From NCBI RefSeq assembly GCF_018977255.1, contig NW_024704743.1, positions 73,906,001 through 73,970,000 of the forward strand: DNA of 64,000 nucleotides. The letters run 5' to 3'. The stretch comes from Callorhinchus milii. Lineage: Eukaryota. Position numbers and translations under genes: made by a program. Numbering within the stretch: position 1 is the stretch's first letter; each line of letters opens with the position of its first letter. The notes under the pieces are model-generated. The model made no database searches, was not told the origin of the DNA, and saw nothing but the letters and a program-made list of their open reading frames with translations. Below are positions 50,988 through 63,690 of this stretch, in pieces.

Positions 50988-52600
50988 GAACATAAGAATA
51001 GGAGTAGGCTATTCAGCCCTTCGAGCCTGTTCCACCATTCAATTAGCTTATGGTACCTCGACTAATCCTGTCAATTCCAATTTCCCTCTCAGCCCCACTC
51101 TTTGAAACTCTATCACACAATCCCTTTACCTTGCTCCCTCTCTTGCCTCCTTCAAGGCACAACTCAAGACCCTCCTTTTTGACCGTGCCTTCAGTCCCTT
51201 TGTATCTTCCTACTCCCATCTAGAGAACTTACTGAGCCTTCTAGCTTAATGTCATCTGCAAACTTGAATATAAAACTTTCTAATTCTTCATCCATGTCAT
51301 TTATAGATATATACATATATATATATATATATATATGGCGAAAAGCTGAGGTCCCAGTGGGGACACCACTTGTCACTCCCGTCAATTCTCCCTACTCTTT
51401 GTTTCCTGCCTCCCAACCAATTATCAAGCCACATCGCAAGGTTACCTCCTACTCCATGCACTTCCATTTTCGCTAATAATCTTTTTTGCGGAATCTTATC
51501 AAATGCCTTCTGAAAGTCCATATAAACGACATCCATAGACGGTCTCTTATCTACCATTTTAGCGACCTCCTCAAAAAATTCAACTAGATTAGTCAGACAC
51601 AACCTACACTTCACAAATCCATGCTGACTTTCTTTGACTAGCTTATACTTATCCAGGTGTTCAGTCACCCTGTATCTGATGAGGGATTCCAGTATTTTCC
51701 CTACAATTGATGTTAAGCTGACAGGTCTGGAGTTTCCTGGTTTCTGCTCCCTCCCTTCTTAAATAATTGGGTGACACATGCAATTTTTGCAATCTAAGGG
51801 CATAATCTAGTGAGCTTTGGAAAATTATGATGAATGCATCTGCAATTTCCTCTCCTATTTCCTTTAACAAACTGGCATGGAAACTAACAGGTCCTGGAGA
51901 TTTGTCTATCTTGAGTCTCATTACTGTCTCCATTACCTTTTTTTTATTTATATTAATTTTATTATGCTTTTCACTTTGACTTATTTTTACATTCCCCTGT
52001 ATGACTGGTATTTTGCCCTCATCCTTTACTATAAAAACAGTAGCGAAGTTTTTACTTGACAAGTCAGCCATTTCCTTATTTTCCATTATAGTCTCATCTA
52101 CATCGGTCTTTAACAGGCCCACATTCCCCTTGACCACCCTCTTTCTTTTAATATATTTATAAAACCTTTTACTATTGGTTTTAATATCCCTCGCAAGTTT
52201 TTTCATAGTCCCTTTTTGCCCCTCATTACGTTTTTGTATCCCTTTGTTGCCTTTTGTCGTTCTCCCAGTTCTCTGCATTTCCAGTTTTTCTTGCATTTAA
52301 GTAAGCCTTTTCTTTTAGCTTTATACAGTCTCTAACCTCTTTTGTCAACCATGGTTGCTTAATTGGAGCTTTTGCATTTTAGGTGTTTGTATTGTATTTG
52401 TATTGTATTCTGTATTGTATCAAATATTTTTGGGAAAATTTCCCATTGTTCGTCAGTAGGTTTAACATTTCAGCCCAGTTTACTGTACTCCATTTATTTC
52501 TCATCCCATTGAAGTTTGCCTTACTTAAATTTAAAACCTTGGTTTGGGGCTCTCCCTTCTCCCTCTCAAATTTTATGTCAAATTTAATTATATTATGTCA
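50988..52600 (-). mobile_element. CR1 LINE (rearranged, disabled) containing an L2 piece (~51080-51190) and a (TA)n microsatellite
   Basis: Minus-strand ORFs: FYKYIKRKR, KSPGP, QHGF, YMDFQKAFDK, FKFADD; CR1 3' terminus at 50988-51050. Confidence 0.93.
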
Positions 52601-52717
52601 AATTCAATCATAAACATGCTGATTAAGGTATGCATATTCCAGTGAAGTGCTAGGAGAGTGTACCATTGTCAAAGGTGCCATCCTTCGGATGAGACCACGG
52701 TCTTGTTTGCCTGAACA

Positions 52718-53119
52718 AAGGATACAGTTCAAGATCCTAGTCCTCACCTTCAAAGCTCTCCATGGTCTTGCTTCCATTACCTCTGTGACCTCCTAAACCC
52801 CGACCAACCTGCCCACTCCCTCCGCTCAGCGGGCTCCGGCCTGCTACACATCCCCCGCCTCACCATTGGTAAGCGAGCCTTCAGCCATTTTGCCCCCATC
52901 TTCCTGCAGTCCCTCTGCCTCGCCCCTCCCTTGTCTCCTTCAAGACCCACCTCAAAGACCCTTCTCTTTGATCGTGCCTTCAATCACCCTTCTTCCCCTC
53001 TGCCCTCCTCCCTCCCCGATCCCGACCCCCAGCTCGTGTCCAAAACACTGATTGTCCAGCCCCTTGCGACGTCTTGCCGACGTGAAAGGCACTATACGAA
53101 TGTAATTTTGTTGTTGTTG
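52718..53119 (+). mobile_element. L2 3' end inserted into a family-B SINE (SINE parts ~52615-52717 and 53120-53320)
   Basis: RIQFKILVLTFKALHGL-type coding sequence and (TTG)n tail; the SINE resumes with ggatgttaaagatcccatagcact. Confidence 0.85.
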
Positions 53120-53329
53120 TTCCAGAGGATGTTAAAGATCCCATAGCACTATTCGAAAAGAGAAGTTCCTCCAGGGGTCCTGGTCAACAATCCTGCAGCT
53201 AAAATTGATCATTTATCATTTACTTCAACAACATTTACTTCATGACTGTTTGTGAGCATTGCCATGTGCAAATTGGCTTTATAAGGTGCTGTTTCAAATG
53301 CAAGGATTATTATTATTATTGCTGAAAAG

Positions 53330-53722
53330 AAGGTGACAGACTGGGTAACTTGGTGACACTGTTACGTCTAAGTCAGAGGGTGTAGGTGGTTCAAGCCGTA
53401 TGTTGGGACTTTGAACTAAGTCCAGGCTGACATTCCAATACATTACTGGAGGAGCACTGCATTGTTGGAGATGCCATTAAATATGTCAAACAAAGGTCCC
53501 AATTTCCTGTTCAGATGAATGGTAAAGATCCCATGACCCACAATCCTCCAGATAAAATAGATCATTCACTGTGTAACTATTTGTGAAACATTGCCGTGCA
53601 GAAATGAACTGCTGTTCACTTGCAACATACAGTTACTACACATTACAGTACATACCGCGAAGAGCTTTGAGACATCCTTTTGACGTGAAAGGCTCTATAC
53701 CAAATGTAAAGATTATTATTAT
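53330..53722 (+). mobile_element. Deu-domain SINE, family B
   Basis: Head remnant ggttcaagcc, ggagcactgcattgttggagatgcc, aaagatcccatg, tail. Confidence 0.75.
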
Positions 53723-54745
53723 ATACTTTATATTTGAAAAACTAGATACAATGTACATTGGATGTCTGACTCATAGTTTGGGCCATTGGATTGCTGGTTA
53801 GTGGGATGCTGGATTTACTCTGATTTGTACAGTTAAACTGGGATTCTGCTAACTAGCATGTCAGTGCCATGATCCGCAGGCCAGACTTTCAGCACCCAGT
53901 GTAGCCAGTTTTCTGACATGATCATTGAGAATGGTATGGAGGTTCAGATCTGCCTCCAATATACCCGAGAACCAATCTATGTGTTAAAAGCCATAAGGTT
54001 GTCATCAGTGTGAATTATCACATCATTTACAATATTGGAACATTTATTCCATCATGTTTTGCTCTAGACACCTAAGAATTGTCAATGCAGAAGAAAATGG
54101 GGCCCCTGTGAAGCATTTTGAGACATATCAACAAAAAAACAGTCACTGCACTTCACAGGAATTAGTAGTGAAATGGTTTGAGGCATATGGACACTATATC
54201 AAATGTAAGTAATATGGGTGTTTGCCTATGAAATAGGACTCTACACCTGACAGTAATTACTTGTGAAATGCATTGAGATGTTTCAACCTGATGAGGTGTT
54301 GCAAAATTATGAGTTCTTTCTTTCTCAATAACCGATCTTTAGGGAGGAATGTGTCACATGCAGTGCTTCATCTGGTTAATGTCAAATCACTTTGGGCAGG
54401 CAATCTGTGCACAGCAATGTCCCACAAGCAAACAACTTATTACTTGGGGGATAGTGGCCAAAACTCCCTTCTCTTTTTTCTCCTGGTGTCGTACCCAACA
54501 GTTCCGAAATAAAATTAGTCATTTGTTTCATGACTGTTTGTGGGACACTGCTGTGCATACAAACACCCAGTTACTCCACTTAACAGTAAATCCTGGGAAG
54601 AACTTTGAGACATCTTCCTGATGTGAAAGGCTCTAAACCAAATGTAAGGATTATTATTATCATTACATCTGGAAAACTAGCTACAATGCACATTGGATGT
54701 CTGACTCATGGTTTGAGTCCTATTTACTGCTCAGTAAACAGAGTC

Positions 54746-54852
54746 GTGTAGAGTAAGGAAACTTGCCCTACGTTTCGCCCTGCCCAGGAATCAAACCCAG
54801 GTCCTCTCGCTTGCAGGGTGAGTGCTCTAACCACTAAACTTCAGGACTCCAC
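54746..54852 (-). mobile_element. Family-A SINE head (tRNA part only)
   Basis: rc: gtggagtcctgaagtttagtggttagagcactcac...gggtttgattcc. Confidence 0.85.
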
Positions 54853-55555
54853 ATGAGCATTGAGAAAGGTGTGGGGGTGGGTATCTCCCTCCAATACACC
54901 CGGGAACCAATAGATATGTTAAAAGCCATAAGGTTGTCATCAGTGTTAATTATCACATCATCTACAATATTGCAACATTGATCCCACTGTGTTTTGCTGT
55001 GGACACCTAATGTAGGAGAGAATGGGCTATTTTTTTGAGAGAATTGTGGATAATATCTTTACTGCAAGAATTCCCTAAGGTGCTGTCAATCTCATAACAT
55101 GTAGAACAGGATTCCCCCCACTTGCCCATTCCCAGTAGTTCTCAGGGTAAATCCATTCTATACAGCACCCTGGAGTGTAGTGCATCTTGCTGAGGATTGT
55201 GAACTGTCTAACCCTTAAGACAAGTATTTATAGTGGCTCAGCAATTGACCCTTTGTATATCTTGTCACCTGTTGTGCATCATCTGCATTCTCAAGAAAGG
55301 CTAAGGACTTGGTAACTTAATCATTATGAGCTTTTAAAGCTGCAGCACAGAGGGGTTCCCATCCATTTAGACCTCAAAGCCACAATGTGTCAAAAGGTAG
55401 AGGACTCTTGATCTCTAACCCTGATTGAAAGCAAAGTTCGATATTGATGATTTATTGTGATCAATCGACAACAATGGACTCTTAAAACTGATCCCAATTC
55501 CTTCTGTTAACACCTTTCACATAAGGAGGAAGTTTCAAAGTGCTTCACAGGATTT

Positions 55556-55940
55556 ACAATACAATCCAAAATTACATTTGGTTAGCACCTTTCACGTCAG
55601 GACAATGTCCCAAGGCATTGGTCAGTCAGGGATTTGGACCTGAGCAGGGGTTTGGGTTTAGGGAGGGTGGAGAGCAGGGAGTGTAGGAGGGTGGCCGAAG
55701 TTGCGATCGAAGAGGAGGATCTTGAGACTTGCCTTGAAGGAAGCAAAGGAGGGAGTAAGGTGAAGGGAATGTGGGATGGTGTTTCAAAGGGTGGGGTCAG
55801 AGAGGCAGAAAATCCGACCACCGATGGTGGGGCAGGCCGGGCGGGTACGTGGAGCAGGCCACAGCCTGCTGAGCAGAGGGAGCGAACAGGTTGATATGAG
55901 GTTAACCGGTCACAGAAGTAGGAAAGAGCAAGGCCATGGA
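55556..55940 (-). mobile_element. L2 3' end nested in a family-B SINE
   Basis: LHGLALSY...PVRSL coding remnant and tail; SINE sequence flanks it (55505-55555, 55941-56090). Confidence 0.8.
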
Positions 55941-57839
55941 GATACTGTGAACTGTAGTGACTGTGTATTTTGTAGGTGAATGCAGCAGCCAATTGGCACA
56001 CAGCGAAGTCCTACAAACAGCCATGAAGTGAATGATCAATTTTATTTGAGGGATTGATGGCCAGGACACTGAGAGAAACTTCCTTCTCTTAAGATGTCAA
56101 TAATATTGCATTTATGTTGAATTATACTCTCTGTATGATTTTTGAAGGTTTCTTGTTTTGCCTGCTCACTTTGAAATGCCAGTTAGTGAGAGAAGCTGGT
56201 TTGACACAAATAAAAGAAATCTGAGTTAAACTGTCATCCCGCGGGCTCGCAAATCCAATGGAGGTCATTGGTGGTTTGAAGGCCACCCATGGTGATGGAA
56301 TTGGACAGATCACACCCATGACCAGTTGTTAGTTATGGACTGGCCTTGTTGACCACTGACCACATTTAGCAGACGTTAGTAAGTCTGTAAGTAATGTGAT
56401 TATCTCAGGTCACAGTTTTCACCTCTCTGTCTCATATATTTTACTGTAAGTCTTTGATATTTTTCTGTTGTTCCCAAAGTAATTGCAATCCAGTCATCAC
56501 AAGATTGTAGAGATTCGGGAGTTTGATTCCGTGATGGCTTGTTACTGAGTCATCATGGGGATTATTCTTTCTTTTGTCATTCGAACCACAATATTTAATT
56601 AAAGTAATTACAGGATTGATAGGATCTGACCGCAGGGAATAAAAAGATTGACATCATGTATTATCTTTCATAAAATCTAAACAGAACTCACGTATAACAT
56701 TTTTACAAGTTAATTAACTTTAAAAACATCCAGCTGAAATGCAAGACTTTTCAAGAATTATTTTTGTACGCAGAAAAAAACTCTACTCAGTTACCATATG
56801 TGGACTGAACATCCTGGAACTTAGTGAGACAGTGGTTATTAAGCTCAGTTAATGTCTACACTGATGAATGACTTGGAGCCGTACGCTTAACATCCCAGAC
56901 ACAAAGTTAGTTTCCTTGTATTTGAAATGCTGTATGCTACCCAGTGCTTGTAAGCTGTTGCAGATGTTTAAAAGTTTATGCAGCTGCATTTACTGCCTCT
57001 GGATGAACTCATCCATAGAGATTATAGGAACCAAAATTTTTCTTCCGTTAAGTTTATTTACTCTAATTCCAGAATGAAATCCTAGCATTACAAAAAACAT
57101 AGCGTCCTTCTGCATAGTCAGACTCTCGCTAAATCTGCTTATATAATAATTTCATATATTCATAGTTTTAGCGAGGCTTGAGGAATTATATTTGTATTTA
57201 AAGGCTATTTGTAGACTTTAAGTATGACAAGCAATGTATTGCATTGTAATGAGTCCAAACGTACCAGGAATTTGGCAGCTCAGACAAAGCTTTTCCCTTT
57301 AGCAGTTCAACATGAGCGGATACATTTGATGGAAACAAAATGCTAGAGTTTCCTAACCTGAGACATTAACAAAACAAATATCTGGAGCCTTATACCATAT
57401 TGGGGGTTAAATCCATGGCCTGTGTTTCCAAATTGTATTGTCAAACAGGAAACTTTCTTTATCTCCTAGATTTGATTGTTTGTACATTTCTTGGATGGCC
57501 TGTTGGATGTAGTGAACAAGGGCAGAAAGTTTCCAGGTTCAAATGCTGGTCTGTGCTGAGTCTGGCACTACAATTGCCCTCAGGACCCCTGGATTAGGCA
57601 GGGAAATAAATGAACCAGGTTTGCTGCTCCTAACGACAAGTGAGGACAATATTATTGTTGACTGTGTTGGCTGGTCCTATGTGGTCAAAGAGCCTTCTGA
57701 CATTGACTGTTGAGGCTTGCCATACAGAATTGGGTGAGGAGGTCCAAGGCTTGCAATGATGGACTGCAATGTTTTTTTTTGCAAAGCAGCAGATTAAGAC
57801 TACAGACATAATTTGGAATATAGATATATTTTTCACAAT

Positions 57840-58225
57840 AAAGTAATAATAACCTTTGCTTTTGATATAACACCTTATCATGTTGCCAAACTCTTAACCG
57901 GATTTTACTGTTATGTACAGTGACCGCATATATAGGCAAAAGCTGAGCCAGTCCCACAAACAGCCATGGCGTGAATTACCAGTTTAATTTGGGGGATTGT
58001 TGGCCCAGCCGCTGGGAGAAACTCCCTTCTCTTTTCAAATAGTGCCTTGGAATCCTTGACGTACACTTGAACAAGAAGTTGGGACCTTAGTTTAGTGTCT
58101 CTTTGCAACACGTTCAACAATGCAGCAATCCCCCAATTCTGCATTGGAGTGTCAGCTTTCCAAAGCTCCAAGAGGGTTTGAATCCACAACTTTCTGACTG
58201 TGGGCTATCAAATGAGCCTGGCTCA
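57840..58225 (-). mobile_element. Deu-domain SINE, family B
   Basis: Colinear with the other family-B copies. Confidence 0.75.
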
Positions 58226-58454
58226 TTTACCCTTTAATAATGCAATTTTCAATTTAAAGATGAAAAACTTTCTCTGGTCCAGGGGTAATTGGTGAAATGG
58301 GCACTGAATATGCGGTCAAGTCTCAGTACAAAGTTAATGAAAAGAAATACTGTATAAGCAGAAGAAACCTCTGTGACCCAATCGTTGACTAATGATGCTT
58401 GTCTGTCTAGCACCTTGGGACGTCCTCCTGACGTGAAAGGCAATACAAATGTAA

Positions 58455-60324
58455 AAAAAAACGAAAAAACTCATTAAGAGTGAGAAAAAGGAGTATGAGG
58501 GTAAGCTAGCTAAGAACATTAAGTCTGATTGTAAAAGTTTTTACAAATATATTAAGAGGAATAGGCTAGTGAGGGTAAATGTAGGACCACTTCAGTCAGA
58601 GACAGGAGAAGTTGTAATGGGGGATAAGGACATGGCAGAGTCCCTAAATGGGTACTTTGCATCTGTCTTCACCTTAGAAGAAACAACAAGTCTGCCAACA
58701 ATAGAGATGCACCAAGGGGATAAGGACAGGGAGCAACTTAGGGAAATTTTCATTAGTAGAGAATTGGTGCGAGGGAAACTGTTAGCACTAAAAAGTGACA
58801 AATACCCTGGTCCGGATGGCTTGCATCCCAGGGTATTAAAAGAGGTAGCTTATGAGATAGTGGAGGCCTTATGTCTGATCTTCCAAAATTCCTTGGATTC
58901 TGGAACAGTCCCCATGGATTGGAAGATCGCAAACTATTTAAAAAAGGTGGAAAGGAAAAGATGGGGAACTGTAGGCCAGTTAGTCTCACATCAGTGATAG
59001 GAAAAATTTTAGAATCATTGATTAAGGATGTGGTAGTGCGGTATTTAGGGGAACACAATATAATTAGGCCAAGTCAACATGGCTTTACAAAAGGGAAGTC
59101 ATGTTTGACAAATCTCATAGAGTTTTTTGAGGATATTTCGAGTAAACTAGATAAGGGTGAATCAGTGGATGTGGTCTATTTGGACTTCCAGAAGGCATTC
59201 GATAAGGTGCTGCATAAAAGGTTAGTCCAAAAGATAAGGGCCCATGGAATTGGGGGAGCATATTAACATGGATTGGGGAATGGTTAACGGGTAGGAAACA
59301 AAGAGTAGGGATAAATGGGTCCTTTTCAGATTGGCGGGATGTGACTAGTGGAGTGCCACAAGGATCAGTCCTTGGGCCTCAGCTATTTACCATCTACATC
59401 AACGATCTAGATGAGGACATCGAAGTTAATATATCTAAATTCACGGATGACACAAAACTAGGAGGAAGTGTCAACACAGAGGATGACATTAAAAAAATGC
59501 AGCGAGACATAGATAGGTTAGGTGATTGGGCAGGTAGGTGGCAGATGAAGTATAATGTAGGGAAGTGCGAAGTCATCCACCTAGGTAGCAAAAACAGTAG
59601 AGCGGGTTATTTTTTAGAAGGGGAGAGATTGGAATGTGTTAGCGTCCAGAGGGACTTGGGTGTCCTTGTACACCAATCACAGAAAGTTAGTCTGCAGGTG
59701 CAGCAGCAATTAGGAAGGCGAACGGTATGTTAGCATTCATTATGAAAGGATTAGAGTACAAGAGTAGGGAAGTCTTGCTGCAACTGTATAGGGCCCTGGT
59801 GAGACCACACCTGGAATACTGTGTGCAGTTTTGGTCTCCTTATTTAAGGAAGGATGTACTTGCCTTGGAGGGGGTGCAGCGTAGATTTACTAGGTTAGTG
59901 CCAGGGATGAAGGGGATGAGTTACGAGGATAGGCTGACCAATTTGGGCCTATATTCTCTAGAATATAGAAGAATTAGAGGGGATCTTATAGAAACCTATA
60001 AGATCATCAAATGGCATGATAGAGTAGTTAGTGGAAGATTGTTTCCCCTGGCAACCCTTTCGTTTTGAGGTGAGGAAGAACTTCTTCTCTCAAAGGGTGG
60101 TGAATGTATGGAACTCACTACCCCAAAGGGCTGTTGATGCTCAGTCCTTCAGCTTATTCAAGACTGAGATAGATAGATTTCTTATTGCAAAAGGGATTAA
60201 GGGATATGGGGATAAGGCAGGGTCAGGTTATTAGCTGGAGTTAGATTAGAAGATCAGCCATGATTGAATGGCGGGGCAGGCTCGAAGGGCCGAATGGCCT
60301 ACTCCTGCTCCTACATGTTATGTT
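58455..60324 (+). mobile_element. CR1 LINE, 5'-truncated, frameshifted ORF2; 6-bp TSD ATGTAA
   Basis: PGPDGLHPRVLKE, RPVSLTS, QHGF, YLDFQKAFDKV, GVPQGSVLGP, FTDD, LEYCVQFW; same subfamily as 40186-42394. Confidence 0.96.
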
Positions 60325-61167
60325 ATGTAATTTTATTGTTATTGTTGTCCATTGCATGTCTATTGTATTCCCTGATAATCACATAGCTCTCATTCAATAG
60401 AAAGCTTGTCAGTTGATTGTTCTGTCCAGAAACTGCTTAGATCTTGGCAAGTTTCTGCTAGAGTCAGCACTTTTTTTCCAACAACAGAAATGTCAGTAAT
60501 ATTTGACTCAATGACAAACAATAAATACAAACATTGCTGAGCCAATGCTATTCTGGGAATTTAAGAATTAATTTGATTACAGGACAATAGGAGAGTGAGC
60601 AAAATTTATAGTGTAATGCTCCAAAATGCTCCATTCCAAAGGTCTGCAAAAGGAAGAACCAATTCTACACACCGACAACAACTTGCATTTATATCGGCCC
60701 TTCACACAGGGTGACATCTGGGAGAGCTTTACACACCACAGGGCTCACTAAAGGTTAATAATTTACTGTGTGTCTTTGAGGTCAGATTTACGGTGATTCC
60801 AAACTCAGTTCCACAGTCACTCTCGCTGGTCTGCACATGAAGCTGATTAGACTGGAACATATGCAGTCTAATGTAATAACTTTCCAATACAGGGACTTTC
60901 TGGTGTGTATCTAATGCTCTAACCCTCTGGGCAATAAAAATAGGATTGGATTAGATTGGTGTTCAAATTATACACAGAATGAATAGTAGCAATCACAAAG
61001 CAAGGACAGTTTATTTGTTCATGTACAATGAAACCATTCATCTCTGCTATACTCACAACACACAAACTGACACATAATCCGAGGCTCAACATTTTTCATG
61101 ATCTTAACTTTAAGACCATATAAAAAAGTGCACAATTTTGAAAAATTGTTTAATTAAATTGGCATCT

Positions 61168-61503
61168 ATGGAGTCCTGTAGCTCAGTGGTTAGAGCACTT
61201 GCCTCATAAGCGAGAGACGTGGGTTCAATTCCTGGCTGGGAAAAACATTGGGCAAGTTTCCTTACTCCACACGTCTCTGTTTACCTAGCAGTAAATAGGA
61301 TCCCGGTTGTTAGTCGATTGGCAGATCGCTTTTCTGGGGGTAATAATACCTTCAAAAAACAATAATAATAAATTGGTCACTCAATCCACAGCTGTATGTG
61401 GGACACTGCTGTGAATTTACTTTAGAGCGTTCTGTGAAGTGCTTTGAGACATCTCGAAGACATGATAAGGAGCTATATCAAATGAAAGGATTAGTATTAT
61501 TAT
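61168..61503 (+). mobile_element. tRNA-derived SINE, family A
   Basis: TAGCTCAGTGG and GGTTCAATTCC boxes; full middle domain; tail. Confidence 0.9.
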
Positions 61504-62239
61504 CTGACTTTCCAAAACTTCTTTAAAACCTGTAGAAAATTTGTTTTCCAAACTGAGATTAAACTTTCCAATATTTAACCTGACCTTAAATGTGAAGACA
61601 ATAATGATCCTTGCATTTTACTCTAATCAAGTAATCAAAACGTCTCAAAGAACATGATTTCACTGTGGGGACTGCATATTTATACGTGTGTGGTCATAAG
61701 GCTGATGGTCTTCTATGTAAAAACATTGAGGATAGAAGCTCTCCATGGTTTTGACATAGTATTGTCAAATAAGGGCTTGTCCCATTCTAAATACTACCTT
61801 GAGGGCATTTAAAATAAATTGGACAAGCACATGCTTGGGTATTGAGGGAGGGTATTGAACTATGGGAAAAGAGCAAGAAATTGGGTTTAAGATGGCTTCT
61901 TGGAGGAGCAAACCACAACACAAAAAATCAGTTGAATGGCTTCCTGCTGTGTTGTATAATTCTATGGTTCTATAGTATTTTTTTTCTTGGTTTTCCTTAA
62001 GATACATGTTTCTCAAGATTATCAAGGCCATAATTAACATTACATATATTCAATAACCAATATTTTTACCATGGTTTCTATAGATATGTCTCCAGTAAAT
62101 TATGTTCCTATAATTAACATTAGCCAGTTATTTTTCTTACACCAGGTTCATCCATGATAATGAGGAATTTCTGTTTCAAGTTACGTTAGTCAGTTTAATG
62201 AATTCCAAATCAATTAAACAAGTGTTTATAATAATAGTA

Positions 62240-62405
62240 ACTTACCGCTCCACCCTCACCTCCATTAAATCAACCTTGTACTCCAAGATAATCTTGGAGG
62301 TCAAGGACAACCCCAGGCTCCTTTTCTCCACCACCAACCGGCTCCTCCACCCACCCTCTCACTCCTCGCCCATCCTCCCCTCTAACTCTAACTGCGAGAA
62401 GATGC
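62240..62405 (+). mobile_element. L2 ORF2 internal fragment
   Basis: YSKIILEVKDNPRLLFSTTNRLL, typical of the L2 endonuclease-RT linker; C-rich composition like the other L2 pieces. Confidence 0.75.
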
Positions 62406-62956
62406 ATATTCTTCCTGCGACCTGTAAATTGAGTTCCATTCAATAACTGGTAAGAGACTGTCTTCAGACACCATTTCTTGATGAGGATACAATGAAATTG
62501 ACCAGGCAGCACAGAGGCGGTCACAGCAGATATGTTAATAGCAAGGCAGTGTTCAATTGATCACTTTGGATAGAATCATGCATTTTTCTATAATGAGAGA
62601 GTATTGATCCATATGTACTAAATTTTACCAGCACTTTTGATAGTCACCTTTAAATGTTGATGATATTAAGATTGCGTTGAAAGAATTAATAAAACCTGAG
62701 CTTCAGGTTTTAAAAGATGTGATGAAAATGTAAAAACAATTTTGATTTAATTTATAAGACAATTAGATGTATAAAGTTACAATTAGTTATATAAAGTTGA
62801 TTGTGTTTTTGTGTCTTTTTTTCTTTTAATTTTTTTTACTCATTGGCATATTCCTCTGTTCCTCGTCTCTGGCATCCTAGGATGTGGTTCTGTAGGCACA
62901 CGTTGTCCTCTGCCACCGAGCCCTGTGGCCATTGTTCATATGTGGATGTTCCAGAG

Positions 62957-63152
62957 CAGTGATAGCCTGCTGGGCCATCAAGAAGCGTTCCCCTTGAACG
63001 TTCGCACTAGTCTAGGTAAGTCCATGTTCGATCAGTAGTTTGTATTCAGTTTTTTCTTGATTGAATATTTGATTAAATATTTCTTGATTTATGTCTTAAT
63101 TCAAACAATAATATTTATTTTGTGGGCCGACCATAAAGTTTGGCCACCACTG
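62957..63152. mobile_element. hAT (Charlie-like) MITE
   Basis: CAGTG...AAGTTTGGCCACCACTG; 8-bp flanks TTCCAGAG and CTTTAGAG (5/8 match). Confidence 0.65.
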
Positions 63153-63354
63153 CTTTAGAGGGTATCATTCAAGCCTGACCTCTCCTCACCTGGCTGTTAC
63201 ATCATATGTGCTACCAGCAGAGGGAACCATGACTGGTTTCTCCTCCATAAAACTATCAGAACCAATGTCACCTTCCCATGCGGTCCTAGTAGATACTAGC
63301 AACCTTAGGACAAATCAGGATTCGAACAGGCAAGATATATGATATATAGTTTTT

Positions 63355-63690
63355 ATTAATGGTTTAATTTTTGGTCAGACATGCAGAAACCAAACCATAT
63401 TCCCAAACCAGAGTTCCACATATGCATGTCACCTATGCATGGAAATTTCCTGTGTCTGGAATGGAGTACGTATTCCCTCCCTGGAGTGATTCATTCTGCT
63501 TACCTAATTCCAGAAAGTATTAGTTACAGATTTGTGATGGTCAAGGCCTGTAGACTCCAGAGTGTGTGTTGGAGTACTGGTAAAGTTTAACCAGTTAAAA
63601 TTTGTCCTTGAGAGCACTGTCTGGCAAGCTTCCCACTGCTTACCCAGCTAGGACCACCCCACTGTTAGGCTTGTATAGTGTTAACATGAA
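63355..63690 (+). repeat. Unclassified repeat, family X (longest copy)
   Basis: Aligns by eye with 7855-8095 (rc), 20360-20790, 42750-42890 and 49395-49675. Confidence 0.7.

Noticed and set aside
62811..63038. 75-aa ORF with a CTAG|GTAAGT donor-like site
   Set aside because: The donor lies inside a hAT-like MITE; no recognisable protein and no partner exons.
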